Shown here piece after piece: positions 25,050 through 35,681 of a DNA stretch of 56,682 nucleotides. The stretch comes from Deltaproteobacteria bacterium (GTDB lineage Bacteria; Desulfobacterota; Binatia; UBA12015). Below the pieces are notes generated by a model that worked only from the letters and a program-made list of their open reading frames with translations, was not told where the DNA came from and searched no databases. Positions within the stretch are counted from its first letter, which is position 1. Each line of letters begins with the position of its first letter. The DNA lies in the NCBI GenBank assembly GCA_046583355.1, contig JAYGCM010000070.1:1-56682 (forward strand). The letters are read 5' to 3'. The translations under genes and the position numbers were made by a program.

Positions 25050-27488
25050 CTACTGGTACATATCGAGGAGTTCGATCAGGCCGAGTTCGCGCATCGAGTC
25101 AAAGACCAGACGCTTGATATCGCGTGAGGTTCGCAGCCGCAGCACCTCTTCGGACAAGGCGACGGCCGACTCATGCGAGACCGAGCGGATCAGCTTCTTG
25201 ATGACCGGAATGAAGAAAGGCTCCATGCTCAGCTCGTCCAGGCCGATGCCCAGCAGAATCAGCGTTGCCATCGGGTCGGCGGCCATTTCGCCACACATCG
25301 ACACGGGCTTGCCGGCTTCGCGCGCCGCCTGCACGACAAGGTCAATGGTGCCGAGGACGGCCGGATGCAAGGGCTCGTAGAGTCGGGCCACCTTGCGGTT
25401 GTTGCGGTCGACCGCAAGCACATATTGAATCAGGTCGTTGGTGCCAATCGAAAGAAAATCCGAGACCTCCACCAACTGCGGTGCCAGGTAAACCGCCGAC
25501 GGCACCTCGATCATCACGCCCACAGGAATATCGCCGCAATGCGGTACGCCCTCGCGCTCCAGGTTGCGGCGAGTCTCGTCCAGCATCTCGCGGACCTGGT
25601 GCACCTCTTCCAACGAGGAAATCATGGGCAGCAGGAGGCGCGTCGGGCCGTCAAGTGCGGCGCGCAGGATTGCGCGCAATTGGACATCGAAGAATTCCGG
25701 CATCTCCAGCGAAACACGAATCGAGCGCCAGCCGAGAAAAGGATTCTCCTCCTGTGGCATATGCAGATACATCGGATATTTATCCCCGCCGACATCGAGC
25801 GTGCGTACCGTAACCGGCGCGCCTTCCATGCCGACAATCACCTTGCGGTAGATCTCGTATTGCTCCTGCTCGCTGGGGAATTCACGAAACGAGACAAAGG
25901 GAAATTCCGTACGATAGAGCCCGACACCCTCAGCGCCGTGACGTTTGGCAAGAACCACATCGCCGACCAGTCCGACATTGGCCGAAAGCTTCACGATGCG
26001 CCCATCGGTCGTCTCGGCCGGGAGGTCATGCAGCGAAGCCAGATTCTCGTTGAAGGCGCGATAATCGCCCTCCATACGCTCGTACTCGCGGACCACTTCG
26101 GGGCCCGGCTCGCGGTAGACCACGCCGGCATTGCCGTCAACGATCATATTGTCACCCTCAGCGACATGACCGAGAAGCCCCTCGATGCCGACGACCGTCG
26201 GGATCTCGAAGGATTTGGCCAGAATCGTGGCATGCGAAGTCTCGCCGCCGGTCGCGAGTGCGATGCCACGCAATTCGAGGAGGTCTATCTCGGAGAGGTC
26301 GGTAAGCGTCAACTCCGAGGCGATCAGCACGCTGCCCTTCTCCGGCTTTTCCTCGGATGCGGATTCTATCCCGAGAAGGATACGGAGAAGCCGCTGGCCG
26401 ATATCACGGATATCGATGGCGCGATCCCTCAGATAGGGGTCGTCCATGCGACCGAAGGCCTCGAGGAATTCCTCGACCACACCACGCACGGCAAACTCGG
26501 CCGAAGATCCCGTTTCAATGAATTGATGTACGCGAAGGGCGAAGGTCTCGTCGCGCAGCATCAGGGCGTAGGCGTCGAAAATCTTGCCCGTTGCCTCGGG
26601 GAGAATCTCGTCCATCTTGCGCTGCTGCCGGCCCAGGTCCGAGACGGCAACCTCGACCGCGCCGTCAAAACGCTCGGCTTCGACCTCCGCGTCCTTGCCC
26701 GGTTCGTCGGCGATTTCCGCAAGCACGATCTGCGGATGCAAAATATGAATCCGCCCGATGCCAAAGCCGGGCACGGCCGCAATCCCGCGCAGCCTCTCAC
26801 CCGGATCACGCCTCTCGCCGCGCTTGCGCGCCGCTGCTCTCTCGCCGCTGCGGTCCACGGTCTCGAGGCGCCGCAACTGGTCGAGCATGCGACGGCGAAA
26901 ATCCGCCTGTTCCTGATCTTTGGCCTTGAGGCTATCGAGCAGGCGGGCCTGCACCAGTACCGAGGAGATCTGACCCGCGATCGTGCGCAACAGGCTGACC
27001 TCGTCGGCCGTAAACGAGCGGCGACGCAAGGTCTGCACAACCAGGACACCGAGCGCCGCGTCGCGCTCGCGGACCGGGACACCGAGAAAGGAATGGTAGC
27101 GCTCCTCACCCAGCTCGGGGAAAAACTTGAATCGTGGGTGGACCGGCGCGTCATCGACGATCACCCGATCCATCGACTCGATCACCAAACCAGTGAGGCC
27201 TTCCGAGACGGCCATCTGCACCTTGCCGATCGCGTCACGATCGAGCCCGGCCGTCGCCCAGAGGCTGAGCGAGGTCTGATCGTCGTCGAGCAAGTAGAAG
27301 GAACAGACCTCCGTGCGCATGCGCTCGGCGATCACGCCCACAACGCTCTCGAGCGTCTCACGCAGATCGTGCGAATCGCGGATCAGCTTCCCGACACGCT
27401 CAAGCAGGCGCAATTCCCGCAATGAGCCGTCACCAGCCCTGCCGTCGCGCCTACGACGCGTGGTCTCCCCGCTTCCCGATCCCGCCAT
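25050..27488 (-). CDS. ptsP: PEP-protein phosphotransferase with N-terminal GAF domain (EI-Ntr)
   Basis: GAF domain, TSHATI phospho-His, GLYRTE, RTLDVGGDK, EENPFLGWR, SIGTNDL, CGEMA. Confidence 0.93.
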   Translation of the reverse strand: MAGSGSGETTRRRRDGRAGDGSLRELRLLERVGKLIRDSHDLRETLESVVGVIAERMRTEVCSFYLLDDDQTSLSLWATAGLDRDAIGKVQMAVSEGLTGLVIESMDRVIVDDAPVHPRFKFFPELGEERYHSFLGVPVRERDAALGVLVVQTLRRRSFTADEVSLLRTIAGQISSVLVQARLLDSLKAKDQEQADFRRRMLDQLRRLETVDRSGERAAARKRGERRDPGERLRGIAAVPGFGIGRIHILHPQIVLAEIADEPGKDAEVEAERFDGAVEVAVSDLGRQQRKMDEILPEATGKIFDAYALMLRDETFALRVHQFIETGSSAEFAVRGVVEEFLEAFGRMDDPYLRDRAIDIRDIGQRLLRILLGIESASEEKPEKGSVLIASELTLTDLSEIDLLELRGIALATGGETSHATILAKSFEIPTVVGIEGLLGHVAEGDNMIVDGNAGVVYREPGPEVVREYERMEGDYRAFNENLASLHDLPAETTDGRIVKLSANVGLVGDVVLAKRHGAEGVGLYRTEFPFVSFREFPSEQEQYEIYRKVIVGMEGAPVTVRTLDVGGDKYPMYLHMPQEENPFLGWRSIRVSLEMPEFFDVQLRAILRAALDGPTRLLLPMISSLEEVHQVREMLDETRRNLEREGVPHCGDIPVGVMIEVPSAVYLAPQLVEVSDFLSIGTNDLIQYVLAVDRNNRKVARLYEPLHPAVLGTIDLVVQAAREAGKPVSMCGEMAADPMATLILLGIGLDELSMEPFFIPVIKKLIRSVSHESAVALSEEVLRLRTSRDIKRLVFDSMRELGLIELLDMYQ

Positions 27489-27584
27489 CAGCAATACCGT
27501 AGCACGAGGAGGTACCACCCTGTCCATCGCCAGGGCCCGAGGCCGGCATGGTCAATTCCGGGTCGATCCGATAGAAAAACTCCG

Positions 27585-29915
27585 GTGGCGGGGCGGCGAA
27601 AAACGGGACGAAGGGCGGCGCTGCATCCGTTCAAGGCCTTCCTCTTCGGCATCCTGACGCTCCTCAGCGTCGCTCTGGCGGCGAGCTTCTTCCTGATCTA
27701 TCGGGAATTTTCCACCGGATTGCCCCCCGTCGAGAAACTACTCGACTACAACCCGCCGGTCGCCACACGCGTCCTGGCTGCCGACGGCACCTTGATCGGC
27801 GAATTCTTCATCGAGAAACGCTACCTCACGCCGATCTACAAGATCCCCAAGGCCGTGCAATTGGCTTTCCTCGCCGCCGAAGACTCGACCTTCTACGAGC
27901 ATTTCGGGCTCGACCCCGTGGGCATCCTACGCGCCTTCTTTGCCAATACACGCAGCGGCAAGACCCGTCAGGGCGGCAGCACCATCACCCAGCAAGTAGT
28001 CAAACAACTTCTCCTCTCACCGGAGCGAAGCTACGAGAGGAAATTGCGCGAGGCGATCTTGGCGCTGCGCCTTGAGACCGAATTGACGAAGTCGCAGATT
28101 CTGTCTTTGTATCTCAATCAGATCTATCTCGGCGCCGGAGCCTACGGAGTCCAGGCCGCCTCGCGCGAATATTTCGGCAACGACGTTGCCGATATCTCAT
28201 TGGCCGAGGCTGCCCTCCTCGCCGGCCTGCCACAGGCGCCGAGTCGCTACTCACCCAATCGGCATTTCAAGCGGGCCAAGGCGCGCCAGCGCTACGTACT
28301 GCGCCGCATGCAGGAAGAGGGCTATATCAGCGCGGCCGAGGCCCAAGCCGCCGAGCAAGAAGAGATTCATATCGGCAACACAGAACTGCCTGCGGAAACC
28401 GGCGGACCCGCACCCTGGTATCTTGAGCAGGTGCGCCGACTCCTCCTTGAGCGCTACGGCGCAAGCGGCACCTACCGTCTCGGCTTGATCGTCGAAACTC
28501 CCTTGGATCTCTCGATGCAGGAGGCGGCCGAAAGAGCCCTGGGCCGAGGCCTCCACACGCTCGACCAGCGCCAAGGCTACCGCGGCCCGCTGCGGCGTCT
28601 CAACCGTGCCGAGTGGCGCTCGCTGCTGCCAGCCGAGGGCGCGGCACGGACCACGGCCGCACTTCCCGAGAGCGGGATGGTCCTCGAGGTCGTCGTCCTG
28701 CCCGGACCGTCAGGGCAGCGGCGCACGCCCGATGGGGGCCTCTATCTTCGCTGGGCCGGCGGCTTCGTGACGATTCCGCCCGCGGGCTTGGGCTGGATCC
28801 GCCGCGCGGCCAGGCAACCCGGCTTCGGCGACGTGCTCGAAGCCCGCGTGCTCAACCACGACGGCAAAGCCTCACTTGCCCTGACCGAGAACAACGATAC
28901 GCAAGGTGCTCTCGTCGCGATGGCACCCGCGAGTGGCGACGTAAAGGCATTAATCGGCGGGAGGAACCACCGCGATAGTGAATTCGACCGCGCCATCCAG
29001 AGCCGACGCCAACCCGGCTCCGCGTTCAAGCCGCTCATCTTCGCCGCCGCCGTGGACCACGGCTATACCCCCTCCAGTATCATCGACGATTCCCCCGTCA
29101 CCTTCGACGACCTCCCCGGCAAGCCCTGGTCGCCGAAGAATTTCAGCAAACGCTTCTACGGCCCGACCACCTTGCGCAAGGCATTGACCCAATCACGCAA
29201 TGTCGTGGCCGTGAAGCTGGTTCACGCCATGGGCCTGCCCTACCTCCTGGACTACCTGCCGAATTTCGGCTTCGAGCGACGCTTTGCCGCGAACCTGTCG
29301 ATTTCGCTCGGTACGGGGCAGACCTCTTTGCTGGAAATGGTCCGCGCCTATGGTGTCTTCGCGGAAGGCGGCACCCTGGTCGAGCCGCGCTTCATCACGC
29401 GGATCATCGATCAACACGGCAATATCCTGGAGGAGCGACCACCGCGCCGCCGCGCCACCCTCCGCCCCGAAACCGCCTATATCGTCACGCGCATGATGCG
29501 CGGCGTAATGGAAAGAGGCACCGGCCGGCGCGCCCGCATCGGCCGGCCAGCCGCGGGCAAAACCGGCACGACCAACGACCTGCGCGACGCCTGGTTCCTG
29601 GGATTTACGCCGGACCTCATCGCCGGCGTCTGGGTCGGCTACGACCGTGACAAAACTCTCGGCCCGCATGAAACCGGCGGGCGGGTGGCCGCACCGATCT
29701 GGAAAGATTTCATGAGCCACGCGCTGGCCGGTACACCAGTCAGCGATTTTGTCGTGCCCGCCAATATCGTGCTGGTCGCCATCAACCCCGAAACCGGCCG
29801 ACCTGCGGAGCCCGGACAGAAAGACACGGTATTGGAAGCCTTTCGCCGGGGTACCGAGCCCCGGCCTTTCACCTGGGGGGGATCCCCAGGACGAACGTCC
29901 CCTTCACGAAATTGA
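27585..29915 (+). CDS. mrcA: Penicillin-binding protein 1A
   Basis: AAED..FY.H, QGGSTITQQ, RKLRE, PGSAFKP, SRN, GKTGTT. Confidence 0.92.
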   Translation: MAGRRKTGRRAALHPFKAFLFGILTLLSVALAASFFLIYREFSTGLPPVEKLLDYNPPVATRVLAADGTLIGEFFIEKRYLTPIYKIPKAVQLAFLAAEDSTFYEHFGLDPVGILRAFFANTRSGKTRQGGSTITQQVVKQLLLSPERSYERKLREAILALRLETELTKSQILSLYLNQIYLGAGAYGVQAASREYFGNDVADISLAEAALLAGLPQAPSRYSPNRHFKRAKARQRYVLRRMQEEGYISAAEAQAAEQEEIHIGNTELPAETGGPAPWYLEQVRRLLLERYGASGTYRLGLIVETPLDLSMQEAAERALGRGLHTLDQRQGYRGPLRRLNRAEWRSLLPAEGAARTTAALPESGMVLEVVVLPGPSGQRRTPDGGLYLRWAGGFVTIPPAGLGWIRRAARQPGFGDVLEARVLNHDGKASLALTENNDTQGALVAMAPASGDVKALIGGRNHRDSEFDRAIQSRRQPGSAFKPLIFAAAVDHGYTPSSIIDDSPVTFDDLPGKPWSPKNFSKRFYGPTTLRKALTQSRNVVAVKLVHAMGLPYLLDYLPNFGFERRFAANLSISLGTGQTSLLEMVRAYGVFAEGGTLVEPRFITRIIDQHGNILEERPPRRRATLRPETAYIVTRMMRGVMERGTGRRARIGRPAAGKTGTTNDLRDAWFLGFTPDLIAGVWVGYDRDKTLGPHETGGRVAAPIWKDFMSHALAGTPVSDFVVPANIVLVAINPETGRPAEPGQKDTVLEAFRRGTEPRPFTWGGSPGRTSPSRN

Positions 29916-29948
29916 ATCCGCCGAGGGTCTTGGCTAGCATCGACAACG

Positions 29949-30326
29949 ATGTTCGGTATCGGCATGCCCGAGCTTGCGGTCATTATCGTGGTCGCGCTCG
30001 TTGTTCTCGGACCGAAGCGTCTGCCTGAGGTTGCGCGTTCTCTCGGCAAGGGCCTGGCTGAGTTCCGCCGCCTCACCGGCGACGTCAACAAGGAACTCGA
30101 CGCCGCCCGGCATATGATCGAGAGTGAAGCTCGCGAGCACGAACGCGGCCGCCGCGACACGGAACGGGCGACCCGCAAGGCAACGACAGCCACGGCGACG
30201 CCAGATCCGCAGGCCACCACGCCGGAGCCGGAATCCACCACCCCGGACCCGGAACCCACTGCGCCGGACCCGGCCTTGGTGGCAGCCCCGTCCGGACCAT
30301 CGGGGAAAAACGGTAGCGACGCTTAG
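29949..30326 (+). CDS. tatB: Twin-arginine translocase subunit TatB (TatA/B family)
   Basis: MFGIGMPEL..I....L.VLGP.RLP; upstream of tatC. Confidence 0.8.
   Translation: MFGIGMPELAVIIVVALVVLGPKRLPEVARSLGKGLAEFRRLTGDVNKELDAARHMIESEAREHERGRRDTERATRKATTATATPDPQATTPEPESTTPDPEPTAPDPALVAAPSGPSGKNGSDA
30192..30275 (+). repeat. Four degenerate 21-bp in-frame tandem repeats (xTTPDPE) in the TatB tail
   Basis: TATPDPQ/ATTPEPE/STTPDPE/PTAPDPA. Confidence 0.6.
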
Positions 30327-30349
30327 GCGGCGCTGCGCGGACCATCAGT

Positions 30350-31102
30350 ATGTCGGACCTCGAAATGCCGCTGACAGAGCACCTCGAAGAGTTGCGTTGG
30401 CGGATCGTCAAGGCGGTCGCGGCCGTCGCCATCGGCTTCGCCGTCTCCTACCTCTTTGCCGACCGACTCTTCGACGTACTCACGGCGCCGATCAAAACCG
30501 TCGGGGAAGGCACCGATCTCTCCATGATCGGCACCGGCGTTGCCGAGGCCTTCTTCACCAAGCTCAAGGTTTCATTCATCGCCGGAATCTTCCTCGCCTC
30601 GCCCGTGCTCTTCTATCAGGTATGGACCTTCGTTGCGCCGGGCCTGCATGGCAACGAGAAGATGTACGTCATTCCCTTCGTTGTCTTTGGTACGTTTTTC
30701 TTCTTCGCCGGCGCCGTATTTTGCTACTTTACGGTATTCTATATCGGCTACCGTTTCTTCCTCGAGCAATACCAGACCATCGGTATCCAGCCGGCCTTGC
30801 GCATCAGCGAATATCTCTCCTTCAGCTCACGCCTGCTGCTCGCCTTCGGCATCACCTTCGAGTTGCCGGTGATCGCCTTCTTCTTTGCTCGCATCGGCAT
30901 GATCGACCACAACACCTTGATCCGGCCGTGGCGCTACGCGCTGATCTTCATCATGATCCTCGCCGCCATCCTTACGCCGGGCCCGGATATCGCCTCGCAG
31001 ATGCTACTCGCCACACCCTTGGTTCTGCTCTACGGCGTGAGCATCATCGTGGCTTTCTTCTTCCACCGTCGCCCAACAGAATCCGCCACCGGCACGGAAT
31101 AA
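30350..31102 (+). CDS. tatC: Twin-arginine translocase subunit TatC
   Basis: MPL.EHLEELR, F.APGL...E, FG..FELP, LTPGPD. Confidence 0.95.
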   Translation: MSDLEMPLTEHLEELRWRIVKAVAAVAIGFAVSYLFADRLFDVLTAPIKTVGEGTDLSMIGTGVAEAFFTKLKVSFIAGIFLASPVLFYQVWTFVAPGLHGNEKMYVIPFVVFGTFFFFAGAVFCYFTVFYIGYRFFLEQYQTIGIQPALRISEYLSFSSRLLLAFGITFELPVIAFFFARIGMIDHNTLIRPWRYALIFIMILAAILTPGPDIASQMLLATPLVLLYGVSIIVAFFFHRRPTESATGTE

Positions 31103-31444
31103 TCAGCCGGTGCTAGAGGTGCGCCACTCGCTGAGGAACCAATCCTCGCGACAGACCTTCGGCAGATCGGTGGGGGCGAGAAAGAAGCCGCCGTGCGCCA
31201 ACAAGGACGCCAAAAGCTCGGTTGCCTCAGAGACGTAATCGGGCGTCGCGACAATGGCGAGCGTGGCGAATTCGCGGTCGTCCGATACCGAAACCATGCG
31301 CGTGAATCCGAGTCCTTCACAGGATTCGAACATATGTTTCAGGAACGCAATCTCGGGGCGGCGGACGCATAGCGCGGTCGCCATCAAACCGGCTTCGGGC
31401 AGCGTAAGCCAGCGAAAGATCCCCTCTTCTGCGCGCGCACTCAA
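31103..31444 (-). CDS. DUF4911-like small protein
   Basis: 'V...EIAFLK..FESCEGLG' pattern; start either TTG 31444 (TTGA overlap) or ATG 31384. Confidence 0.6.
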   Translation of the reverse strand: MSARAEEGIFRWLTLPEAGLMATALCVRRPEIAFLKHMFESCEGLGFTRMVSVSDDREFATLAIVATPDYVSEATELLASLLAHGGFFLAPTDLPKVCREDWFLSEWRTSSTG

Positions 31445-33621
31445 CGGCCACGACCCAATAGATCGAGCAAGATCTGCTCCGAGGATTCGCCGCCGCGGCG
31501 CAAGGCGCGGCCCGCCAACGCACGCGAGAAACGACTGGAAATATGGCCGCGAAGATCGGGCCATTGCCCCGTAATCCGGAGCGGAATCCTGAATTCCTCG
31601 TCTTCACCGAAAACCGCATCCAGCAGCGGCACATCCATACGCAACGCGGCTATGGTGCGAGCCGACAGCCCCAGATCCCCGGCCAGATCCACCGAAAATT
31701 CTGGCCCGACCACGCCATCACCGGCAAAAGAATATGTCGGCGACAGCACCGCGAAATCCGCCACCGAGAATACGCCGCCGCGCAGCGTGCCGATCGCATG
31801 GAGCGACTCGACCTTGGTATTTGTCGCGCCCAAACCCGGCACCGAATCACCCAAGCCATCACGCACTGCTGCGCCCAGGCCCGGCACAGCCGCCAGACCT
31901 GCCAGACCCGTGCGCGCCAGATTGAATTGGCCGAGCAAGCCGCGCTCAAGGCGGAAGTCGATGGCGCCGCTGAGATTAGCCGCCAGACCATCGAGGTCCG
32001 TGCCGCTGGTGGCGAGAAGAGCGCGGCCATCCGTGGTACCCGAGGCGTCGATATCCGGCCCCGCAAAGGCCAGCAGGCGGGCAAAATCGAGCCCCTGCCA
32101 GGTCGGGTCCAACCTCAGGTCCCAAGCCGCGGCATCGACGCGCTCAAGCACGCCGGTCGCCACCACTTCGCCGCCGAAAGCGCGCAGAAACAACCGGTCC
32201 ATATCCATGCGGTCTTCACTCACGCGAGCGCTGAGCTCGAGCACCTCGAGTTCTGCCCCGCTGCGGCCACCACCAACCGCGAGCATGGTGAGCTGGCTCG
32301 GCTGGCCCTCGCGCAGGACGTAGCCAAGCCGCACCAGGCCGACACCAAATCCTGCGCCTTCGAGATCGATGATTTCCACACCGACCGTCACATCGCCGCG
32401 CGCGCGCAGACCGAGTTGGAGGTCCACCGCAGCCATCGTCCAGCGGCGCTCCTCGGACAGCAACGCCAGCCGGCCACCACGCAGACCAAGGTGCAGATGC
32501 GACCCTTCGGCGGCTGGGCGCAGCTCTCCCGTAAGCTCCAGGGCACCACGCGGACGCAGGCCGGCGAGCATGGGCAGGAAACGCTCCAGAGTCCGGCCAT
32601 CGAGTCCCTCGGAGCCGGCGACCAGAACATTCTCTTCGCCTTCTTCCTCGGAGCGAATCAGCGAAAGCCGCAAGGCGCCGCTACGCGCAAGGACGCTCTC
32701 GAGACGCGACCCCGCGGCATCGACCTGCACGCCGACCTCCAGGGCAAGAGGGACCTGATACGGCTTCAGTACCCAGCCTTGAGAACTCAGGATCTCGGCT
32801 TCCGAATAATCGAGATCGGCGGTCAAAAGAACCGGCACCGGCGGCATTGCGTCGGGCAGGCGAGCCACCAGCCGGCCCGAAACCATCCCGGCGCTGCGCG
32901 TCCCGAAGGGCATCTCGCCGCCGATCAATTGCACGAACTCATCGAAACGGGCGCCTTCGATTCCCCGAAGCTCGGCCTGCACCTCAACCGTCTCACCTGA
33001 GCGATCCGGCATCCGCACCGCGACTTCGACACGCCCGTCAGCCTCGCCGCCCGGCGAGTCACCTACCAACTCAACCTGCCAGCCCTCGTCCAGCGAGGCG
33101 CGGGTCGCTATCAGATTTGCATTGCGCAACTCGAACTCCGCCACGCCGGGACGCGTCCGGTCCCGGTAGATCAGCCGCGCACGCAAAGCCTCTACACGCA
33201 GCAGGGCGAAGGATTCCGGCGGACGAAACGCCTCAAGATGAGCGGCGAGGTTCCAGCCGCCCTCGCCGTGCACGATCCGCAGGACCGGCTTCTCGATGAC
33301 CAACTCCTCGACCACAACCTCGCCGGCGAGCAAGGCACGCACACCAACACGCAGCCAGGCCGCATCCGCGTGGACCAGCTGACCGGGACCGAAAATCGAG
33401 CGATCCGGTACCTGAATTCCACGCACGACAATGCCCGGTGGCCAGAAATCCACGTCGATGGCCTCGAACTCGGCAACCGCACCCAGCCCGGGAGGAAAAA
33501 CGCCTGCCAGCGACGCCGGGTCGACCAAGAGACGATGCGCGCGGAGGACCACGGCGCCGGCAAGGACCACCGGCAAGAGAAGCAGAAGCAGGAGTAGCCC
33601 GAGCAATCCCGACCGGCTCAA
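31441..33621 (-). CDS. AsmA-family protein
   Basis: N-terminal TM helix, 'LL.G.V.V.EL.IE.P.L.I......WN', beta-rich body, C-terminal 'IPLRITG...D' AsmA-like end. Confidence 0.75.
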   Translation of the reverse strand: MSRSGLLGLLLLLLLLPVVLAGAVVLRAHRLLVDPASLAGVFPPGLGAVAEFEAIDVDFWPPGIVVRGIQVPDRSIFGPGQLVHADAAWLRVGVRALLAGEVVVEELVIEKPVLRIVHGEGGWNLAAHLEAFRPPESFALLRVEALRARLIYRDRTRPGVAEFELRNANLIATRASLDEGWQVELVGDSPGGEADGRVEVAVRMPDRSGETVEVQAELRGIEGARFDEFVQLIGGEMPFGTRSAGMVSGRLVARLPDAMPPVPVLLTADLDYSEAEILSSQGWVLKPYQVPLALEVGVQVDAAGSRLESVLARSGALRLSLIRSEEEGEENVLVAGSEGLDGRTLERFLPMLAGLRPRGALELTGELRPAAEGSHLHLGLRGGRLALLSEERRWTMAAVDLQLGLRARGDVTVGVEIIDLEGAGFGVGLVRLGYVLREGQPSQLTMLAVGGGRSGAELEVLELSARVSEDRMDMDRLFLRAFGGEVVATGVLERVDAAAWDLRLDPTWQGLDFARLLAFAGPDIDASGTTDGRALLATSGTDLDGLAANLSGAIDFRLERGLLGQFNLARTGLAGLAAVPGLGAAVRDGLGDSVPGLGATNTKVESLHAIGTLRGGVFSVADFAVLSPTYSFAGDGVVGPEFSVDLAGDLGLSARTIAALRMDVPLLDAVFGEDEEFRIPLRITGQWPDLRGHISSRFSRALAGRALRRGGESSEQILLDLLGRGR

Positions 33622-34049
33622 CTCAGCTCCTGGAAATTCGCGACCCGCCAGCTCCGATCCGGTTGCTGCTGCACCGTAACCAATGCCTGACGGACAACCT
33701 GGGCATCCGAAAAGGTAATGGTCAATTCATAAAGAAAGCTGCGCCGCTCGGCGTGTCGCGACGCGCCTTCCTCGACGAAGCGATAATGCACAGTCGGTTT
33801 ACCCGCGGCCAGCGGCACGCCGATGCCCTCGAGCAATTCCTGTTCGGTCACCAGCTTGTTGAACGCCAGGCCCGTCGCATAGGGCATGGCCGCCTTGAGG
33901 TCGATCTCGACGTAATAGCTATCGACAAAGCGAGACGCTGCTGCTTGCGCCGGATCCCGGCTCTCGCAGGCCGAAATCGACAAGACCAAAACAGCCGCGA
34001 GACATACGAAGACAAGCGACCGTAAAAAGCCGTACCCGATTCGCAACAT
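33618..34049 (-). CDS. Hypothetical lipoprotein
   Basis: Lipobox-like LSISAC; stop overlaps the asmA start. Confidence 0.6.
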   Translation of the reverse strand: MLRIGYGFLRSLVFVCLAAVLVLSISACESRDPAQAAASRFVDSYYVEIDLKAAMPYATGLAFNKLVTEQELLEGIGVPLAAGKPTVHYRFVEEGASRHAERRSFLYELTITFSDAQVVRQALVTVQQQPDRSWRVANFQELS

Positions 34050-34140
34050 ATGCGAGCCCTCCTCTAGCGCCACCATCACTATCGGTGGTATCATAAGGGG
34101 TCGGTCTCACCAGCCTGGAGGTCCGGCCGAGGGGGAGTAC

Positions 34141-35049
34141 GTGGTGGAGGGGAGGCAGAGCACACAACAGACAAGGATCGAGGAGTTCCTGCGCTACCTG
34201 GAAACCGAACGTCGCAGCTCGCCGCATACGATCCGGGCCTACGAGCGCGAGTTGCGCCGCCTGCGCGAATCGTTTGCCGCCGCCGGTCGCGGTGCTTGGG
34301 AGACAACCGAGACCGACCACCTACGCGCCTTTCTTGCCGAACGCGCCGAGACCGTCGGACGGCGTAGCGTCGGCCGCACCACCTCCGTATTGAAAAGCTT
34401 CTTCGCTTGGCTACGTCGCCGCCAGGGCATCACGACCAATCCGGCAGATCCCCTGCATATCCCGAAATATCCCCGCGCCCTGCCGCGCGCCCTACCCGAG
34501 AAGGCACTCGCCGAGGCCTTTTTGCCGCGTCAGGTCGATGGCCTCGGTGCCGCCCGTGATCGCGCCCTTATGGAGGTACTCTACGGCAGCGGCCTGCGCG
34601 CGAGCGAGTCCGTCGGACTCGATTGGCGCGACACCGACCTGGCGCGCGGCCTGGTGCATATCCGCGAAGGCAAAGGCGGCAAGGATCGCATCGTTCCACT
34701 CAGCCAGCCCGCCGCCCAGGCGCTGACCCGGCTGCGGGCAATTCTCGCCACACAGGGCGGCGCACCGGCAAAGAGTCCTGTTTTCCTGAATCTGCGCGGC
34801 ACCCGCCTGAGTCCACGCAGCGTCGGACGCATCGTGCAGGCCTGGCTCGACCGCAGCGGCTTCGCGCATGTGACGCCGCATGCTCTGCGCCACAGCTGTG
34901 CCACCCATCTACTCGACTCCGGCGCCGACCTGCGCTCGATCCAGGACCTTCTCGGCCACGCCAGCCTGGCGACCACCCAACGCTACACCCATGTAAGCCT
35001 CGGCCAATTGCGCCGCGTCTACGACGATTGCCACCCTCGCGCGCGCTGA
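34141..35049 (+). CDS. xerC: Tyrosine recombinase XerC
   Basis: RDRA..E.LYGSGLR.SE, KG.K.R, H.LRHS, LGH, TQRY; canonical position before hslV. Confidence 0.88.
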   Translation: MVEGRQSTQQTRIEEFLRYLETERRSSPHTIRAYERELRRLRESFAAAGRGAWETTETDHLRAFLAERAETVGRRSVGRTTSVLKSFFAWLRRRQGITTNPADPLHIPKYPRALPRALPEKALAEAFLPRQVDGLGAARDRALMEVLYGSGLRASESVGLDWRDTDLARGLVHIREGKGGKDRIVPLSQPAAQALTRLRAILATQGGAPAKSPVFLNLRGTRLSPRSVGRIVQAWLDRSGFAHVTPHALRHSCATHLLDSGADLRSIQDLLGHASLATTQRYTHVSLGQLRRVYDDCHPRAR

Positions 35050-35099
35050 TTTCCGGACCGCCCATCGACAAGCCCCGCAACCGTGCTTAAGGGACGATT

Positions 35100-35681
35100 G
35101 TGCACAATGATGGCCCTTCCTTGGTGCCCCATGCGACGACGATTCTCGCCGTCCGGCGGGGAAATTCGACCTGTGTTGCCGGCGACGGACAGGTGAGCCT
35201 CGGCTCTACCGTGATGAAGCATGGCGCCCGCAAAGTGCGCCGGCTCCATAAGGACCGCGTTGTGGCCGGCTTTGCCGGCGCCTCGGCCGATGCCTTCACG
35301 CTTTTCGAGCGTTTCGAGCAGAAACTCGACGAGCATCGCGGCCAGCTGCGCCGCGCCGCCGTCGAGCTCGCCAAGGACTGGCGCTCGGACCGAGCCCTGC
35401 GCCGGCTCGAAGCCATGCTGATTGCCGCCGACGCGGAAAATCTTCTCGTCGTCTCAGGCACGGGCGATGTCATCGAGCCCGATATATTGCCTGGTGGCGA
35501 TGCCACGATCGCCACCGGCAGCGGTGGCAGCTACGCGCTCGCCGCCGCCCGCGCCTTGCTGCAGCATAGTGATCTCGACGCGCGCGGCGTAGCCGAGGCC
35601 GCCATGCTGATCGCGTCCGAGATTTGCGTCTACACCAACAACCAGATCGTCATCGAGGAATTGAGCAGAGACGCCAAATGA
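35100..35681 (+). CDS. hslV: ATP-dependent protease peptidase subunit HslV
   Basis: [26 protein letters not shown]. Confidence 0.95.
   Translation: MHNDGPSLVPHATTILAVRRGNSTCVAGDGQVSLGSTVMKHGARKVRRLHKDRVVAGFAGASADAFTLFERFEQKLDEHRGQLRRAAVELAKDWRSDRALRRLEAMLIAADAENLLVVSGTGDVIEPDILPGGDATIATGSGGSYALAAARALLQHSDLDARGVAEAAMLIASEICVYTNNQIVIEELSRDAK

Noticed and set aside
30192..30275. TatB 21-bp repeats as a contingency locus
   Set aside because: In-frame, degenerate repeats in a disordered tail that is typically variable
34141..35049. Tyrosine recombinase as the integrase of a mobile element
   Set aside because: Size, motifs and position before hslVU fit housekeeping XerC; no att sites or cargo nearby
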